The notes under the pieces were generated by a model that had not been told where the DNA came from, did no database searches, and saw only the letters and a list, made by a program, of their open reading frames with translations. The position numbers and the translations under genes are program-made. From NCBI GenBank assembly GCA_030603395.1, contig JAUVXX010000002.1, forward strand, positions 79,807-143,806: a stretch of 64,000 nt of DNA. The letters are read 5' to 3'. This stretch comes from a bacterium. Lineage in GTDB: Bacteria; Patescibacteriota; Minisyncoccia; Minisyncoccales; CG1-02-41-26. Numbering within the stretch: the stretch's first letter is position 1; each line of letters starts with the position of its first letter. Below, one piece after another: positions 60,847 through 64,000 of the stretch.

Positions 60847-61980
60847 TTACCTTTGAAAATATTCATATAAAACACCGGAAACATAATCTAAATCTTCTTT
60901 GCTGAGATACTGATGAATTCCGAAATGTAAACCATTATCCCCAACATATTCTGCTTCAGGAAATTCTCCTAATTTATGCCCTAAAAATTCAAATGCTTTA
61001 TGTTGAGTAGGCATACTCCCAAAATTCCTCTTACACTCAATTGAATTATCTTGAAGAAACTCATACAGCTTCTTATAATTATATTTTGGATTTTTTAAGG
61101 TAATGCTAAATGCGTGTGGAGATGTCGTCTCATAAGGTTCTTCAGAGTTAAAAAACGCAAAATCCCTTAACTTTTTTGTTTTTTCTAATAAATAATTAAG
61201 GTTTTTCTTTCTTTTATTAAACACTTCCCAAAAGCTCTTTATCCCCTCTAATGTAATAGCTGCGGGAAGAATATTTATTCTGAAATTCAGTCCGTGTCTC
61301 ATATGGTCAAAATATAAAGAACCCGGCTTTCTTCCATGGCTTTTCAGGGAAGTTAGAACATCATAGATTTTAGGGTCGTTTGTAGAACACATTCCTCCAT
61401 CTCCACCAGAAATAATATGGGCTACATAATAACTAAATGTAGAAACACTCCCGAACTGTCCTATAAACTTGTCTTTATATTTAGCTCCGTGTGCTTCGCA
61501 ACAATCCTCAATTATTTTAAGATTATATTTTTTAGCAAGTTTCTGAATAACATCCATTTCACAGGGCTTTCCCATCGTATGAACTGCCATTATAGCTACT
61601 GTTCTTGAGTTTATCTTTTCTTCTATTTTTTCAGGGTCTATGTTTAATGTTTCTCTTTTAATATCTACAAAGACAGGTTTAAATCCTGCCGCAAGAACAG
61701 AGTTCCCAGCAGCGGCAAATGCCAAAGCAGGGGCAATTATCTCATCTCCTCTTTTAGCGCCGAAATCGTACAAAGCCATACAAGCAGCGATATCTGCATC
61801 TGTGCCATTACTTACGGCTACATTATACTTGTAACCAAACAGTCTTCCCCATTCTTTTTCTAATTCTTTAACTAAGTATCCACCGGAAACAAAGTTTGAA
61901 TCGAGTGCCTTATTGATAAGTTCTTTCGCCTCATCATTGATTATTAAATCTCCGAATTTTATTTTTCTGTTTGACATCAT
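60847..61980 (-). CDS. DegT-fold enzyme with His at the PLP-lysine position (ColD/E1-type 3-dehydratase-like)
   Basis: IEDCCEAHG and FSYYVAHIISGGDGG. Confidence 0.8.
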   Translation of the reverse strand: MMSNRKIKFGDLIINDEAKELINKALDSNFVSGGYLVKELEKEWGRLFGYKYNVAVSNGTDADIAACMALYDFGAKRGDEIIAPALAFAAAGNSVLAAGFKPVFVDIKRETLNIDPEKIEEKINSRTVAIMAVHTMGKPCEMDVIQKLAKKYNLKIIEDCCEAHGAKYKDKFIGQFGSVSTFSYYVAHIISGGDGGMCSTNDPKIYDVLTSLKSHGRKPGSLYFDHMRHGLNFRINILPAAITLEGIKSFWEVFNKRKKNLNYLLEKTKKLRDFAFFNSEEPYETTSPHAFSITLKNPKYNYKKLYEFLQDNSIECKRNFGSMPTQHKAFEFLGHKLGEFPEAEYVGDNGLHFGIHQYLSKEDLDYVSGVLYEYFQR

Positions 61981-62483
61981 TTATCTCTCTTGGATAAAAT
62001 AGGATTTTTTATTGGCCAGCGGATTTTAAAATTAGGGTCATTCCACTTATAGCTAAATTGACCTTTGGGTTCGTAATAAGTAGATTGCTTGTATGAAAAG
62101 ATAGCCTCCCTGCTTAAAATCAAATGGGCATTGCCGTATTTTGGCGGTATTAACACCTGAAGCCTATTTTTGTCTGACAAGATAAAAGATTGCCATTTGC
62201 CAAAATCTTTAGAATTTTTATCACAATTTACTACTACCAGCTCAAGTTTTCCGTATAGACAGGAAACCAGCTTCCAGGTTCTATTATCTCCGTGAATACC
62301 CCTTAAGACATTTTTCTTTGAAACAGAAATATCATCTTGGATAAATTTAATATCAATCCCCTTTTTTTGATAGAGTTCTTCATTGTAGGTCTCTAAAAAC
62401 TGTCCCCTAAAGTCTTCAAACACAGCTAGTTTAATAACCAAGACGTTCTTTAAATTTGTTTTTGATACTTTAATCATAATCAC
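61977..62483 (-). CDS. RmlC-family NDP-keto-sugar epimerase
   Basis: FEDFRG.F.E, VLRGIHG, GNAH, YKQ and W.DP...I.WP. Confidence 0.9.
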   Translation of the reverse strand: MIMIKVSKTNLKNVLVIKLAVFEDFRGQFLETYNEELYQKKGIDIKFIQDDISVSKKNVLRGIHGDNRTWKLVSCLYGKLELVVVNCDKNSKDFGKWQSFILSDKNRLQVLIPPKYGNAHLILSREAIFSYKQSTYYEPKGQFSYKWNDPNFKIRWPIKNPILSKRDK

Positions 62484-63469
62484 TATTCAGGACTACAGTA
62501 AATAATTTTACTGCCGTCTTTTTCAAAATTAAATTTGACCTCCAGTAAATTTTTTAATTTTTCTCTCACTTTCTGTTGGTTTTCTGGAGGAACAAAGAAA
62601 AGCATAAATCCTCCCCCGCCCGCTCCCAAGAGTTTTCCACCTACAGCTCCAGCCTTCATTGCCCTCCCGTAGATGTTATCTATCATTGGATTGCTTATTT
62701 TATTGGAAAGGCTTTTCTTTATTTGCCAGGTTTTATTAAGTAACTTTCCAAACTCCAAAATATCCTCCCTCTTATTAAGAATATTTAGTGCTTCATCAAC
62801 CATCTGATACATTACAGTTAATTCTCTTTTTTTATCGGGAGTGTTTTTAATTTGGTCTTTAGCAACATCAGAAGCAAATCGGGACAATCCCGTAAAAAAC
62901 AACATCAGGTGATTCTGTAATTTTGCCATTCTCTCTTTTTCTAAAATAACCGGCTCTATCTTAATTTTATCTTCTTTTGAAAAGGTTATTTTATTAAATC
63001 CTCCGAAGCTTACGGCAACCTGGTCCTGTGAACCAACATTTTCTCGGAGAACGTCTCTTTCTATATGAATTGCCTCTTTGGCTAACTTTTCTTTTGAAGG
63101 CATCTTACTTTTTAAGGCGTAAAGAGAATTAAGCAGGCCTACGGTAAAAGATGAACTTGAGCCCAAGCCAGCTTGGGCAGGCAGGTCTCCATCATGATGA
63201 ATTTCCATTCCTTTATCAACTTTTAAAAAATTCAAGGCTGCTTTAACTGCTGGATGTAAAATTTCATTCACATCCTTGACCGTCTCAATTTTAGACCAAA
63301 CAATTCGATGTTTATGAGGAAAAAAAGGAGGCAAATACCTAAGGGTAATGTAAGAATATTTATCAATGGTGGTAGACAAAACCGCTCCCTCATTTTCTCT
63401 ATACCAGACGGGGTAATCTGTTCCTCCGCCGAAAAAAGAAATACGAAAAGGTGTTTTGCTGATAATCAT
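62483..63469 (-). CDS. hddA: D-glycero-D-manno-heptose-7-phosphate kinase (GHMP family)
   Basis: TPFRISFFGGGTD, GLGSSS, GSQDQ and GGKLLGAGGGGF. Confidence 0.92.
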   Translation of the reverse strand: MIISKTPFRISFFGGGTDYPVWYRENEGAVLSTTIDKYSYITLRYLPPFFPHKHRIVWSKIETVKDVNEILHPAVKAALNFLKVDKGMEIHHDGDLPAQAGLGSSSSFTVGLLNSLYALKSKMPSKEKLAKEAIHIERDVLRENVGSQDQVAVSFGGFNKITFSKEDKIKIEPVILEKERMAKLQNHLMLFFTGLSRFASDVAKDQIKNTPDKKRELTVMYQMVDEALNILNKREDILEFGKLLNKTWQIKKSLSNKISNPMIDNIYGRAMKAGAVGGKLLGAGGGGFMLFFVPPENQQKVREKLKNLLEVKFNFEKDGSKIIYCSPE

Positions 63470-64000
63470 AAAATCTTTTTGTTTAAATTAGTTTTATGCC
63501 AATCCATTGTCCTTTTTATTCCTTCATCTAAAGAAATCTTAGGAAACCAGCCAAGAGAATTTTTTGCTTTAGATGTATCCAGACACAATTTTGTTTTTAT
63601 AGTAGGTTTGGACTTGTCGTATTCTATTTTAATGTTCTTACCCGAACAGACAATGATTTTCTTCACCAGATCACTGACAGAAATAGAAGTACTTAAACCA
63701 ATATTATAAAGTTCAAATTTTGATTTCTGCTTTTTAATCGCTATTCCTACAAAATTCACTAGGTCAGAAATATACAAGAGATCTCTCTCTTCTTCCCCTG
63801 TGCCCCAGACCACAATTTTTCCATTTTTAGCAGTTAAAACCTTAGTCATAGTTGCACCAAAAACATGTGATTTTTCTAAATCAAATTTATCGTATGGACC
63901 ATAGATGTTGGAATGTCTAATAACCGTATATTTAGTATCCCCTATCCTGGAATAAAATTCACACATCTTTTCAATGTAGACCTTTGTCCAGCCCACACCA
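63466..64000 (-). CDS. NAD(P)-dependent epimerase/reductase, GDP-fucose-synthase-like (5' end beyond window)
   Basis: W.K, SNIYGPYDKFDLEKSHV and VWGTG...RDLLY..D. Confidence 0.85.
   Translation of the reverse strand, partial: GVGWTKVYIEKMCEFYSRIGDTKYTVIRHSNIYGPYDKFDLEKSHVFGATMTKVLTAKNGKIVVWGTGEEERDLLYISDLVNFVGIAIKKQKSKFELYNIGLSTSISVSDLVKKIIVCSGKNIKIEYDKSKPTIKTKLCLDTSKAKNSLGWFPKISLDEGIKRTMDWHKTNLNKKIL

Noticed and set aside
1..64000. Alternative genetic code (UGA=Gly, code 25)
   Set aside because: Conserved genes are uninterrupted under the standard code, several end at TGA at the expected position (murB, folD, murJ), and RF2 is present.

Overview
A housekeeping-plus-glycan region from a reduced-genome bacterium. 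Gene content and order (sigma70-r4/HARE-HTH gene beside a VirD4/HerA-like ATPase and secF-secD-secA-hpf, O-antigen-ligase/TPR proteins, few obvious Shine-Dalgarno sites) suggest Patescibacteria/CPR, Parcubacteria-like; this is an inference. Nearly all genes are on the minus strand and use the standard code. 1-32.6 kb holds glycolysis (gap, gpmA, eno, pgk), redox genes, galU, a divergent ftsZ, ftsEX, a shortened prfB, 3 tRNAs, murJ, RNase P RNA, RNase HI, a RecJ-like protein, secFDA, hpf, murB, folD and glyA. 32.6-64 kb is a mosaic glycan locus: PglF/PglC-like and ligase-like genes, a legionaminic-acid-like pathway, a GDP-heptose pathway, two split transketolases and a radical SAM protein. Five things stand out. 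(1) At least four families of miniature non-autonomous repeats occur between genes and as in-frame peptide insertions in housekeeping proteins, including heptamer arrays that share a spacing pattern but differ in sequence. (2) A candidate small RNA with its own promoter and terminator (~30.4-30.5 kb) has a 5' end complementary to a structured leader upstream of murB. (3) Two small ORFs are missing from the track: a 24-aa Lys/Arg-rich peptide near hpf and a 27-aa membrane peptide. (4) RF2 is minimised, lacks the canonical frameshift site, and is overlapped by a UGA-ending uORF. (5) Enolase, PGK, GpmA, FtsZ and the RecJ-like protein carry active-site substitutions. All calls are by eye; no database searches were run.
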